From: Octopus vulgaris
Lineage: Eukaryota
Direction: 5' to 3'
Length of the DNA stretch: 64,000 bases
Assembly (NCBI GenBank): GCA_951406725.2
Contig: OX597817.1
Span: 62,992,001 to 63,056,000, forward strand
Every line of letters starts with the position of its first letter. The first letter of the stretch is position 1. Below the pieces are notes generated by a model. That model was not told the DNA's origin, searched no databases, and saw only the letters and a program-made list of their open reading frames with translations. Positions 24,561 to 37,569 of this stretch are shown here, piece by piece. A program made the translations under genes and the position numbers.

Positions 24561-24990
24561 CATATGTTTATATGCGTATGTGTTGTATATATACATATAT
24601 GTATGTGTATATATATACATATATATGTATATATACATACGTATATATATATATATATACATATGTATATGTATGTACATATATGTGTGTATGTGTGTGT
24701 ATATATACACACATAAACACATGTATATATGCGTATGTATTGTATATTTACATATATGTATGTGTATATATATATATATATACATACGTATATATATATG
24801 TACGATATATATTTACATATGCCTATATGAATACGTACATATATACACATACATATAAATGTATGTATATGACTATATATATATGTGTGTGTGTGTTTGT
24901 GTGTGTATTTGTATGTGTGTATATACATATATGTATACACACGCATATATATGTTTATATATTTGCGTGCGTGCGTGCGTGCGTGTGTGG
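24330..24990. repeat. Long compound TA/TG/CA low-complexity tract
   Basis: Direct inspection. Confidence 0.95.
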
Positions 24991-26019
24991 GGGGGGGTGA
25001 AAGGTAAAAGAGGAAAGAGAATCAGGAGAAAAAATCCGGAATCCTCTACCTAAGATAAACCAGTTAATATATCTTAGCTGTTACAATCATTATGAAAACA
25101 AGCGGATTCTACTTGGAAGGAAATGAAAAATAATGAAAATAAACACTCTCACAAACCAATAACCTCGGAGAAAGAAAACCAACAAAGCTAGATTAATGGA
25201 ATAAGAAGATCTTCTTACCAACACCCACACACACACACACCACTACCACCACCGCCACCGCCACCATACATACACCACATACTAAATTCAACAAACAGCT
25301 CTCACGGATGAAAGAAGAGTAAATGAAACAGATCCTATAAAAAATACATCATGCATACGAAAAAATACATCACAGAGGTCCCATGTTAAACAAAAAGGAA
25401 TGGAATGTTACAAGGAATAAATGCAGAGAATGAGAGTTTTGCTTTGGTTTTTAACGAACAACGCTTTTGTGAACATAACAAGCTGTTTAGCAGTGTTTAG
25501 CGAAAGTAATTTCAAAATGGAAGGAATTAGCAGAAATGGAGGGAACACTTTCGAAAGAAATAAAGAAAGGAATTGAAGAGTTAATACTACAGATCTATTA
25601 CAGCAAAATCGAGGAGGGGGGGAATCAGAAGTCAGGTAGAAGCAGAAGATGATAAAGAAGAAGATAAAAGGAATGGATTAGTAATTGCACAAACAGTCGG
25701 TTGGTCTTTGAAAAGAAAATCAAAGAGAAGAGAAAAATCTCATAACTGTTGATTACAATATCTAATGATTAGTAACAAAATAATAACAAAGCTCAACGAG
25801 GTAATAACAAGGTTAGGCTTAAACTAGCAACACAACGATGGCAAACTTCTCCAGATATGAGTGAACGTTGAAGCCACTATGCAGTTGCTGGAACCAAGAA
25901 ATAGCAGCCAAAAGTTCCTGAAATTAATCTCTTTGTTTTACAAAAGGTGAGTTTGATTTTAAATAGCCTAAAAATGAATTGATTCACTGGAAAACGAAGT
26001 CCACTACCTGCAAGAAAAA

Positions 26020-26419
26020 AGGAGTGGCTGTGTGGTAAGTTGCTAACCAACCACATGGTTCCGGGTTCAGTCCCACTGCGTGGTATCTTGGGCAAGTGTC
26101 TTCTGCTATAGTCCCGGGCCGACCAAAACCTTGTGAGTGGATTTGGTAGACGGAAACTGAAAGAAGCCTGTCGTATATATGTATATATATATATGTGTGT
26201 GTGTGTATGTTTGTGTGTCTGTGTTTGTCCCCCTAGCATCGCTTGACAACCGATGCTGGTCTGTTTACGTCCCCGTCACTTAGCGGTTCGGCAAAAGAGA
26301 CCGATAGAATAAGTACTGGGCTTACAAAGAATAAGTCCCGGGGTCGATTTGTTCGACTAAAGGCGGTGTTCCAGCATGGCCGCAGTCAAATGACTGAAAC
26401 AAGTAAAAGAGTAAAGAGA
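26020..26419 (+). mobile_element. SINE family A, young copy
   Basis: Near-consensus head to (AAAGAGT) tail. Confidence 0.95.
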
Positions 26420-26691
26420 ATGTGATGATTATATCTTAGCTGGATTAATGTTTGATCATGAGCATGCTCGATTAGGGCATACCTGGGGTTAAACAATACC
26501 AGCATCAACAGCAACTAATCGAAATACCGAAATGGCTACAGCTTCTGTCTACACTCTCTATAAAACGGCTGTAAGAATCTGTCTTTACATATAAATAAAT
26601 GCATACGTCTGAAGTCGAAATTCTATGTTTAACAGAATGAATGGGAAAATAAACAAAAATTATGAAAATGCATTCGAACCTCTTACACATA

Positions 26692-27129
26692 TACTCTCTT
26701 TTACTCTTTTAATTGTTTCAGTCATTTGACTGCGGCCATAATGGAGCACCGCCTTTTTTAGTCGAGCAAATCGACCCCAGGACTTATTCTTTGTAAGCCT
26801 AGTACTTATTCTATCGGTCCCTTTTGCCGAACCGCTAAGTTACAGGCCGTAAACACACCAGCGTCGGTTGTCAAGCGATGTTGGGGAGGAGGGCAAACAC
26901 AGACACACAAACATATACACACATACACACACACACACACACATATGTATATATATATACATATATACGAGAGGCTTCTTTCAGTTTCCGTCTACCAAGT
27001 CCACTCACAAGGCTTTGGTCGGCCCGAGGTATAGTAGAAGACATTTGCCCAAGGTGTCACGCAGTGGGACTGAGCCCGGAACCATGTGGTTCGTAAGCAA
27101 GCTACTTACCACACAGCCACTCCTACGCC
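26692..27129 (-). mobile_element. SINE family A, young copy
   Basis: Reverse complement homologue of 26020-26419. Confidence 0.95.
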
Positions 27130-28104
27130 AATGTATTATTGAAAAATACATGTTTTTGAAAACATGCTCTTAGCATGTTTATTCTAGCTTTAAATTGCAG
27201 AGCCATGAATGATGCATAAAATAGCCTCAATTATAAAAGATAGAAGGGAAAGTTTAACTGAACAGGAATTGAACTCACGACATTAAGATCTAGAACAAAT
27301 AGCGTAAACGTTTTTGTCCAACACTTTAACGTTTCCGCCAATCTACCACTCACTCACCACCACCCCCGCTTCTCGCCGTTGTCTAGTTGTACAATAAATA
27401 TTCTTTAATCAGTTTTACGATATACAATCAATTACATGGGATAATATTATTACTCCACGTTGCCACATACATCTTAAAAGCAGTAAGTTCTACACTTCCT
27501 GGCCTGCAGCATAATTATGAATTACAACTTGCATATTATTGGATATTGATATGGATTATGAGCATGTTAAGCAATAACATACATAAATTATTATATACTC
27601 CTATCGTTTCTTTATTCTTTTCTTTCTTCTTTCTTTTTATGTCTTCTCTACATTTTCGTAGCTCCCGTTCACAAAGATAGCAATAAAATTTGCTTCGTAC
27701 TGAGATTCTAGATATGGTATCCGTATTTATTATTTGTGTTATATATTATCTTATTAAGTGAGAAAGCTCTTGCATAATTAGGTTTAACCAACGACCATTC
27801 CACTTCGTCAATAACACATCTAGGTTCAAATTCTCATTCTATAAATCTAATTCCCAGTTGATTTGATAGAGATTGAACGAAACATAGCATATAGTATCTT
27901 CTCTCTTTATCCTTATTTCGTTTCGTGTTATATTCCAGAACAGCCAGTCCCTTGACGCTTCCTGTAGAATATCAGTTTTCCTATGAGGTCTCAAGCCCCT
28001 CATTTCAAACCTTTATTTCTTGATTCAGTGCTTTTTTGTTTTGTTTTTTTATTTTTATATAACAAAACATAGTATCAGACAAGAGTAATTTAGTTGCTAT
28101 TTAA

Positions 28105-28346
28105 AAGGCGGCGAACTGGCAGAAACGTTAGCACGCCGGGCGAAATGCGTAGCCGTACTTCGTCTGCCGTTACGTTCTGGGTTCAAATTCCGCCGTGGTC
28201 GACTTTGCCTTTCATCCTTTCGGGGTCGATAAATTAAGTACCAGTTACGTACTGGGGTCGATGTAATCGACTTAATCCGTTTGTCAGTCCTTGTCAGTCC
28301 TTGTTTGTCCCCTCTGTGTTTAGCCCCTTGTTGGTAGTAAAGAAAT
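28105..28346 (+). mobile_element. SINE family B
   Basis: AAGGCGGCGAACTGGCAGAAACGTTAGC head; GGTTCAAATTCC B box. Confidence 0.92.
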
Positions 28347-28394
28347 ATATTTAAACAACTTTAACTACGGGACAAAATAGACATTGTTAGCATT

Positions 28395-28781
28395 CTTCTT
28401 TCTTTTTTTATTCTTGTACTTGTTTCAGTCATTGAATGGCAGCAATGCGGGGACCCGCCTTGGAGGGTTTTGTCAAACAAATCGACCTTAGTACTCATAC
28501 GTTTTTTTAAATAGAGTACTTGTTCTATCGATATCTTTTGCCGAAGCGCTAGGTTACAAGGACATAAACAAACCAACACTGATTGTCAGGCGGTGTGATA
28601 ACAACAAAGACACGACACACATACATGATGGGCTCCCATACAGATTCTGTCTACCAAGTTCCTTCACAAGCCATTGCCGGTCCAGGTCTAAAGTAAAAGA
28701 CGCTTGCCCAATGAGCCGGTCGGTGGGACTGAACCCGAACCGACATGGTGGCGAAGCGAACCGCTGAACCATACAGTCATG
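28395..28781 (-). mobile_element. SINE family A, diverged
   Basis: Reverse match to tail and head. Confidence 0.8.
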
Positions 28782-29160
28782 AATAAATTCGAATATTTTG
28801 CCTTCTATGACGTTTAACTCTAAACCCTACGAGATGACAAAATCGAAATCTATGATATAATAATTTTTTTAAGATAGAGTCAAGACCCGAAATATCGGAA
28901 GTAAGGGTTAGCTGACTAAATCTACCCTAAAACGAGATTGATTCTTTATTTCGTCCTATCCGTAAATATGAGATTCAAAGTTGAGCTCAATAAGATTTGA
29001 ACTCAGGATGTGAAATAGCCGGGAAAAATCCATAAGATTCGAAACCCTGACAGTTTTGCACACAATAAAGCAATGACATGATGTTTAATCCACAGGGATA
29101 AATAGAAATAAAAGCATTTATAAAATGTGGAATTTCTGCGTGTCCCACTTGTATTATATT

Positions 29161-29815
29161 AAGGCGGCGAGCTGGCAGAAACGTTAGCACGCCGGGCGAA
29201 ATGCTAAGCAGTATTTCGTCTGTCGCTACGTCCTGAGTTCAAATTCCGCCGAGGTCGACTTTGCCTTTCATCCTTTCGGGTCGATTAAATAAGTACTAGT
29301 TACGCACTGGGGTTGATATAATCGACTTAATACCTATGTCTGTCCTTGTTTGTCCTCTGTGTTTAGCCCCTTGTGGATAATTAAGAAATAGGTATTTCGC
29401 CCGTCGCTACGTTCTGAGTTCAAATTCCGCCGAGGTCAACTTTGCCTTTCATCCTTTCGGGGTCGATAAATTAAGAACCATTTACGCACTGAGGTCGATG
29501 TAATCGACTTAATCCGTTTGTCTGTCCTTGTTTGTCCTCTCTATGTTTAGCCCCTTGTGGGTAATAAAGAAACATATATTGTCATATTTAATTGTTGTTA
29601 GCGTTGAGCTGATAGAATCGTTACGACGCATGTCAAGATGCTTAGCAGCATTTCTTCCGGCTCTTTATGTATTGAGTCCAAATTCCGCCGAGGTCGACTT
29701 AGCCTTTCACCTCTTGGAGGACGATAAAATAAGTACCTGTTGAGCACTGGAGTCAATGTAATCGATTTCCGCTCACCTCAAAATTGCCGGCCTTGTACCA
29801 AAATTATAAAACATT
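29161..29815 (+). mobile_element. SINE family B: dimeric copy plus an older adjacent copy
   Basis: 29161-29574 head plus two units; 29600-29815 diverged copy ending in ATT repeats. Confidence 0.9.
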
Positions 29816-31027
29816 ATTGTATTATTGTTAGTATTATTATATTATTATTGATGATTATTGTATTATTGTTAGTATTGTACTTCGAGACTAACCGAATCTT
29901 CATGAATTTTCAGATATTGCCGGCGGGATTTTTTAACAGAAAAAGAAGCAATGACAAGTTGAGAGGCTCGTGTTTACCTTAATACTAGCTGAAGCAGTAA
30001 AAACAAAGAGAAATTTCAACAAATGAACAAATGGATATCCATATTGCACGTCACGTTTTTCTCGCTTGAAGATTCGTTCTGTTATTATATGTAGTTTTTA
30101 AATATTATCATACTATTTGCGTATGAACACTATGTATGTATTAAATGCCTTATCACTTCATAATGTTATCATTAGAAAATGAATGAATATCTTACAGGAA
30201 ATAGAAATGTTTGACGTCTCCATGATAAAATTTTCTTAGCTTCAGTCATGTTAATATTAATTTATGTCTACATCAAATCTTTTCATAATTCCTCATACCA
30301 TCCAAACGACAAGAGGTTTGGCAATACGGGATTACTGTCTGCGAGACGAGAATCATTTTTTTTTTTTTTGGAAAGATTGAAAATACAGTAGTTTTAGCAC
30401 AATTCGTAGTATATTTCTGACAAGAGTTGGCAACTAGGAAAAAAATATTTTAATGTTTCATACTATTCGTATATCACCAGCGCAGAAAATAGAAGTCTAT
30501 TCTACTGTATTGATTCCAAACATCCAGTGAAATATCGTTTCAATAAATATTGTTTCTAGCTAAACTTCTTACCAATATTAATATTTCCTTTGAATAACAA
30601 CAATGATTTCAATAAACATTAATTTTTGTGCGTCATATTCTCAAATGATTAATAACGTTTATAGCCAGACAGTCAAATGTATTTCTGGTACATTTTGTAT
30701 TCGGTACTGTACTTCCGCAGTAACGAGTGACTGAATATAGTGACTACTCTGAAGTACTAGAGTACGCAGTATCCACATATGTTGCTTTGCGTTTTAAGTT
30801 CAAAGCCTTCTGAATTCAAATTCTGCAGTGTGTCTTTCTGAAGACAACAAAATTATAAACCGCTGAAAAATAATTCGGTGAGATCTGCATTTAGACAAAA
30901 GCAAAACTAACTGGAGGCATCAAAGTCTAAAAGTCAAAATCATACAATTCGCTTTCGTTAACTACATATTTTTTGTTATTATAACCTATATTTGAATAAT
31001 GATTTGCCTCAAATACACATAATATTA

Positions 31028-31201
31028 AGTGGCTGTGTGGTAAGTAACTTGCTTACCAACCACATGGTTCCGGATTCAGTCCCACTGCGTGGCACCTTGG
31101 GCAGGTGTCTTCTACTATAGCCGCGGACCGACCAAAGCCTTGTGAGTGGACTTGGTAGATGGAAACTGAAAGAAGCCCGTTGTATATATGTTTATCTATA
31201 A

Positions 31202-31239
<38 letters not shown>

Positions 31240-31448
31240 TTGTGTATATGTTTGTACCCCCCACATCGCTTGACAACCGATGCTGGTGTGTTTACGTCTC
31301 CGTAACTTAGCGGTTCGGCAAAAGAGACCGATAGTATAACTACTGGGCTTACAAAGAATAAGTCCTGGGGTCGATTTGCTCGAATAAAGGCGGTGCTCCA
31401 GCATGGCCACATTCAAATGACTGAAACAAGTAAAAGAGTAAAAGAGTA
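31028..31448 (+). mobile_element. SINE family A
   Basis: Near-consensus copy. Confidence 0.93.
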
Positions 31449-31681
31449 ATTAACATTCACAAATTAGACTCAATAAACCAAAATATCAAATTGTTTATAA
31501 GTTTTTAGGATTTAGACATTTTATACTTAAACTGATGTAGTTTCAATTAATTTTGAAGATCACAAAGATGTTAGTTAAATAACTTTGTCATTATTTAACT
31601 AGAGTTAAAAGTGCATAAATTAAAGTCAAATTTTGGCGAATGGTTTTAATTTAGATCACTTTAAAATGGCAAGTTATATTA

Positions 31682-31975
31682 TACGTGAATGGGTTGAAAA
31701 GTTCATAGGTTGACTATGAAGGAGTGGTGTTAGAGCTGTGAAATCCCGCATTCATTAATTTCAGTTCTTTCTTTCCGGATAAACACTTCAAAGAAGACAT
31801 CAAAAGTAACAGTAAGTGACTTCATTAAAAATGGACAAAATTTGGCATCTTGGTGTTATCAAGTACCTGCAGAAAAGAGTTTATACTCCAAGGACATCCA
31901 TACTGACATGGTTGCTACATCAGGGGATGATGCTCCAGCTTTATCAACAGTGCAAAAGTGGGCAGTTGAAATTGG
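31682..31975 (+). mobile_element. mariner left end with transposase N-terminal HTH
   Basis: TACGTG..GGGTTGAAAAGTTC TIR-like start; MDKIWHLGVIKYLQK / KDIHTDMVATSGDDAPALSTVQKWAVE. Confidence 0.8.
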
Positions 31976-32240
31976 GTGAGGAAAGGAGAGAAAATCAATG
32001 GACGAGTATGTGACTATGCCGTTTAGACGTTCTCTTCACAGCCACGGGGTTCTGGATTCAATCACATTGTGTAGCATTTTGAACAAGATTCTTTTACTAT
32101 AGCTTCAGTTTGACCAATGTCATGTGAGAACAATTAAGTAAAAACCCAGAGTATACGTATATTAATGGATTTCCCCACCATCTTCGACGTCTGAGTGTCC
32201 AACAGCTAGTGCACTGCCTACACGGATGATTTGTTTTCAG

Positions 32241-32291
32241 TGGTGAAGACTGGTGTAAAACAAGCAACGCTTTTTAAAAATGGTGAAAGCA
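32241..32291 (+). CDS. Candidate 51-nt symmetric exon
   Basis: ATTTGTTTTCAG acceptor, GCA|GTAAGT donor; only phase 1 open: VKTGVKQATLFKNGES. Confidence 0.3.
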
Positions 32292-32432
32292 GTAAGTTGA
32301 TGCAAATATTTACCACAAAGTCAATGGACAACATAACCTCAAGTTTTTCTATTAGAATTCTCTATCCATTTCCTAGGTTAGTTGCCTTTGCTGCAGCTTT
32401 GAGTCGAACTCACCCAGATAGGTTAAATAAAA

Positions 32433-32489
<57 letters not shown>

Positions 32490-32491
<2 letters not shown>

Positions 32492-33010
32492 CCCCAGCAA
32501 TTACTGGAATGATTCATTATTGTTGCCATATGATGCGCTTATATGACTTTTAAGCCCAGCCCAGCTTTTACACATTTTATTATATACTGGACAACTGTAC
32601 TGGCTGGCAGGGGAAACAGGTGCCACGACATGCACTCTCTTAACATGTCTTTCTGGACCTCCATCTGAGAGGCACACCCTTCCACATTTTACACATGTTC
32701 TGTTGTGAAGTTTAAAAGCCATATCACTGTTTATCATGGGTCGATTTCTGTGAGATTTTTTTTATGGCTCACCAAGCCTGCACGACTCAAACACCTCCTC
32801 ACACAAACCACACACATAAAAAGCAACACTCTCACTTTCCACAGGTTCCCCACTTCTAATCCCCCTCCTAATTCTCTCATACTTCACTCTCTCCTTCTCA
32901 AACCTTGAACAACCATCATGCACTATCTTCTTCCATCCATCACGGTCTTGTGCAATCACTCATTACTCATCCTTACCAAATGTCCTCCCAACATCAAACG
33001 CCTTTGCAAA
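32490..33010 (-). mobile_element. RTE-clade LINE 3' end with C2H2 fingers
   Basis: AQDRDGWKKIVHDGCSRFE; CVKCGRVCLSDGGPERHVKRVH; CKSWAGLKSHI. Confidence 0.8.
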
Positions 33011-33269
33011 ATCATTGACTCTATACGTCTACTGCCACACCTCCCGAGCACCACCACATAAATAATGGCCATTTTACAGTTTATCTCCAAAATATATACA
33101 TAACACACACTTTAAGTTTCTTTTACACCAACGTTTCTCAGTATGCATATAAAAGCTTCTGTTTTACAGTAGCAGCTTTATGAAGTTCTACCGAGCTGTA
33201 CCGATATAATATAGGATAAATATAGTAATAGTAATAATGCATGGATGGAATTTATAAATATTTTAATGC

Positions 33270-33404
33270 ATCGCTACGCGCGTTTCCACAAATTACATGT
33301 TTCTTACAATCATAGTCTGTATACCTAGGATGATTACAGTACAGTCCGTAGTATCCATGGACATCGGGTAGATCATAGTACATGTGTTCGGTTCCTCAGG
33401 CCAT
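33270..33404 (-). ncRNA. Hammerhead ribozyme motif with ~106-nt stem II region
   Basis: ATGGC-CTGAGGA-ACCGAACACATGT...ACATGTAATTTGTG-GAAAC-GCGC-GTA-GCGAT. Confidence 0.6.
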
Positions 33405-34052
33405 ATGGCATTAACGTTGGAAGCAACGAATGTATAACAGAAGGTTGTTTATCAATTTTCACCAATGAGAAGGTTGATTGGGGTATGTGGGCAGTTCTGT
33501 GTGTATTTGCTGAGGCGGAGTAGAAGGTGATAGAAAGTGAAAAAGGAATTGTAATAAAGGAAAGGAAGGGTGTGTGGTGATGTTAGACTTATTCTGATAT
33601 TCGTGTAAGCAGATGTCGAGATAGGTATTATAGTTCATAGGTTAGACCTTAGTCACAGCACGCGCCTCCTCAATGAATTCATATGTAGTGGGTTCAGGAA
33701 GTACAGCTACTCTGCTGTTGATAGTCTTTATATATATACATATATATATATATATATTCTTTTATACGTTTCAGCCTAAATGCTGTGGCCATGCTGGGGC
33801 ACTGCCAGTAAAGTTTTTAATTAGGCCCAGGACAGTATTGAACCCTGGTCAAGATGTTCAGAACGCCCAATGCTACTGTTTATCTATACATTTACCCATA
33901 AGACTATATTTATATTATGTGTGTATGTATATATACATATATGTGTGTTTCAATACTTACATTTATCGCCATGTGGTCGGTAAACAAGCTACTTACCACA
34001 CAGTCACTCCAACGCCACTCCTATATATACATATATATATATATACATATAT

Positions 34053-34133
34053 ATAGTTAATCCAAACATGAAAATACAACGCGAGGACGTGGAACAAGTA
34101 TAGTGTTATTGGACGCTCAGGAAAGCAAAGAAA
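34053..34133 (-). mobile_element. Tail of the pLTR-like family seen at 2266-2466
   Basis: CAACGCGAGGACGTGGAACAAGTATAGTGTTATTGGACGCTCA is the reverse homologue of 2391-2433. Confidence 0.8.
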
Positions 34134-34137
34134 TATA

Positions 34138-34306
34138 TACATATACATACATACATACATACATACATACATACATACATACGTATGTACGTACATACAC
34201 GCACATATATACATACATACGCACATACATACATACATACATACATACATACATACATACATACATACATACATACATACATACATACATACATACATAC
34301 ATACAT
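34138..34306. repeat. (TACA)n microsatellite
   Basis: Direct inspection. Confidence 0.97.
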
Positions 34307-35746
34307 AGAGAGTCAGTGATAGAGAAATGAAATATAGAGGAACAGACATAGAGAGAGACAGTGTGTTGGATAAGGTTCTGTTTTTGAAAACGTCTTTGCT
34401 AATTATTGGAAACAATTATTCACGTATTAAATCTTATTAATTTATATATCTTAGTCATTGATATCAAAGTTTATCTGCGCTGTTCAAAGATCTCTGATAA
34501 GCCGGCGTGGAGATCAGATTAACAGGTCAAAGAGGCGTGGAGAAAACACTTTGATATTGATCGTTACAATTTTAAAAAATAAAATAACTATTAATTAGTA
34601 TGAGAGAGAAAACAGAGGAAGAAAGGATGGGAAGGAAGGAAGGAAGGAAAGAAGCCAAAGACAAAAAGTGTGTTGCAGTGTGTTTAATAATTCGCAAATA
34701 CGATTTAATCAAACTGTAGCAGCGTGTTATATTATCCTGCACGTTTGTAGATCAAGTTTCTCGTTAAAACTACAGGGAAATGTTTTCCCTCAGCTCCCTT
34801 GAGCACACAAAAATATTTTGAACTTCAATTCAGCATAGACGAAAGAGGACGAAATGATTTCCAAGTTGCCTGACTTTGACCGAGCAAACTCTTATGGATC
34901 TCTTCTTCATGAGCTGGTAAACAGGAGATACAATCTATTTGTTTTATGGCGAAGTAGAGGCGGCAGGAAAGAACCTAGTCTTTGAACCAAGTGAAGGCAT
35001 TTACAGAATCTTATTAGGATCTCATCAGCGAAGTTCATTCTCTGTAAATGATATTTATGAAAATTGACAACTATTTTAACAATGAAAATTTAAATTGGTC
35101 AAAAGCGAATGACGGTGTGTTACATACTAAAACTATGGTAGATGTAATATTAACAAAAGAGATATATAGTATAGATTTCCTCTTTCTCCTGATGGATATA
35201 TTGTCTTTTCAAGAACTTATAGTATCATAATACGGAGTCCAATGCTTAGTTCTTCATAAATGTTGCATTCAAATTTTGTATCAAACACAGATTTATTTAC
35301 TTTATTGCAAATATTCGTCGGGAAAAAAATCAGAAAATCTGCAACCTATATAATGTCATAACTGTTCGAAATTAACGCAAGACTTGGAAGATTCTTCCCC
35401 AAAGATACAACTAGCTACAGGTGGGCAAAACTTATGATCTGCATCAATGAATGTTTTTGTATTTGTAGAAATGCTTTAAAAGGAGAAAATAAGCAACCCT
35501 TATAATCAAAAGAGTGGAACATCGGAGATATTTAATGGCGGAAGAAATATCAAAGAGAAGAATGGCTAAACATATATCAGGCGAGAAAGTACTGCATATA
35601 ATATGAAATGAAATATCTATAATTGATATTGAATCACAGTAGGAAGTGAGAAATATCAAAGTAGCAGCATATATTATAAGGCTTGCTCATAATCCAATCA
35701 TTAACTCCAGAGCTAACATCAGCTCTACACAGCTTGCCTGGCATTA

Positions 35747-35870
<124 letters not shown>

Positions 35871-36094
35871 CTGTGTCTGATTAATATAAACAGCAGGTTG
35901 CAATGCTTCACCAAAAACGAGAATTATAATTGTCACTAAATGTGGCTAGGGTGTTAAGAAACACCTACATTGATATAAATAAGAGCTAAAAGGCTCTAGT
36001 ACTGTAGTTAACGCATATGAAAGAAAACGTATACACTAATAGGGACCTGATTCGTCCGAAAAATATATATATATGCTTCAAAATAATGCAATAA

Positions 36095-36275
36095 AAACAA
36101 AAAACAAATGACAGAGACAGGTGAGGGATCGAAAAACTGGGTGTATTAATTATTTGACGTCCAGGAAAAGTGGAAGATGTCTTTGACGTTTCTACAGAAA
36201 GGAATGAGGAGAGAAAAATAGATGGAGAGAGAAAATATGGAGAAAAACCCGTGTCTAGGTTAACGGTTGCACATG
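36095..36275 (-). mobile_element. pLTR-like fragment, hammerhead stem II deleted
   Basis: Reverse TTTCTGTA-GAAACGTC-AAAGAC; flanks resemble 4068-4270. Confidence 0.5.
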
Positions 36276-36307
36276 TTCAACTGACCGGAAGGAAGTAAAT
36301 TTTTGGA

Positions 36308-36889
36308 GACAAACACTTTCCTGCAACTCACAGAAACGGGAAATTATTTAATAGGCGTTCTGTGAAATTATTATATAGCTGCAGCCCCAATCTGAAGAGT
36401 ATCACTACACGTGGTCAATACCAAGAGCCTAAATCCAGTTGCAACTGTCGCGACCCAAGATCCTGTCCACTTGACTAGCAATGTATGATTAAATCTGTCA
36501 TATGTAAGGCAGAAGTTACTGCAACCCTCAATAATAATACAACTGATTAGAAGATATATATTGGATTATGTGAAGGTGAATTTAACAATCGCTATGCCAA
36601 TCGCATAGCCTCCTTCCATGATAGTGACAAAAGTAAAGCTACGAAGGTGGTTAGCTACGTATGGACTTTGAAAGATAACGAAACACCGCATGTAACTAGA
36701 TGGAAAGTAATTGAGAAACCCATACCTTATGTGAGTGGATGTTTGGCTGAAAGAGCGCAGATCCTGCTCAGATCTAAGATCCCTAGCTCTCTATTGAACA
36801 CTAGATCAGAAATTTTCAGTGACTGCATGTATATGTATAAACATATTTTGAAGAATTGGAAAATTCTGCCTATTGATATAAAATTCTGA
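36308..36889 (+). mobile_element. Penelope-like element C-terminal linker and GIY-YIG endonuclease (pseudogenised)
   Basis: One frame with two TAG stops: DKHFP..KLFNRRSVKLLYSCSPNL..CNCRDPRSCPL..SVICKAEV..KIYIGLCEGEFNNRY..YVWTLK..LLNTRSEIFSDC. Confidence 0.9.
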
Positions 36890-37154
36890 CTTGATATCTT
36901 TCCAGCCTTATAATTTAAGGTCTAAGATGGATAGCTCATTTAACTTTTTACTTATTATTTTTTTTACATTTTAATTTTTGTGTTTACGTTTTCCGTTGTT
37001 TACTTTCTGCGTTTTCTATATGCTGCTTTCTCAGTTTTTTCGCGTTTCTTCTATTATTCAGTTTATTTAGTTCGTTATATGTGGTTTGCGCATAGGAAAC
37101 TATTAGTAGTTGCTTTAATACATATATTGTGCCGTGTAAATAAATAATATATGA

Positions 37155-37199
<45 letters not shown>

Positions 37200-37211
37200 C
37201 GAATGTGTGTT

Positions 37212-37268
<57 letters not shown>

Positions 37269-37520
37269 ACACACATTCACACATATATGTATGTAGATAC
37301 ACAAACACACATATATTTAGCGATGGATTTCCGTCGTTGACATATACCTAAGAAGTCACAGAGAGGGATCGAACCCGGAAATCTTGTGGTTGCGAAGCGA
37401 ATTTTTATCATTGAGACATATTGCGCCAACACATACGCATGGATAGACAGACAAACATATATATGTGTTTGTGTGCGCGTGTGTGTGTGTGTGTGTGCAT
37501 GTGTCAGTGTGTATGAACCC

Positions 37521-37569
<49 letters not shown>

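Noticed and set aside
24058-25000. Long ORFs of 200-266 aa ([12 protein letters not shown]-rich), and the many similar ORFs across the window
   Set aside because: Translations of TA/TG/CA microsatellites, which lack stop codons
25855-27482. Plus-strand exon pair 25855-25946 and 27413-27482
   Set aside because: Joined product is short and unrecognisable and stops on splicing to 32241; the first piece overlaps a motif (AAATAGCAGCCAAA) with a reverse relative near 48745, suggesting repeat origin
36476-36550. In-frame stops in the Penelope endonuclease as possible recoding
   Set aside because: Both are TAG at non-cysteine positions and other conserved residues are also mutated, so this is ordinary decay rather than selenocysteine
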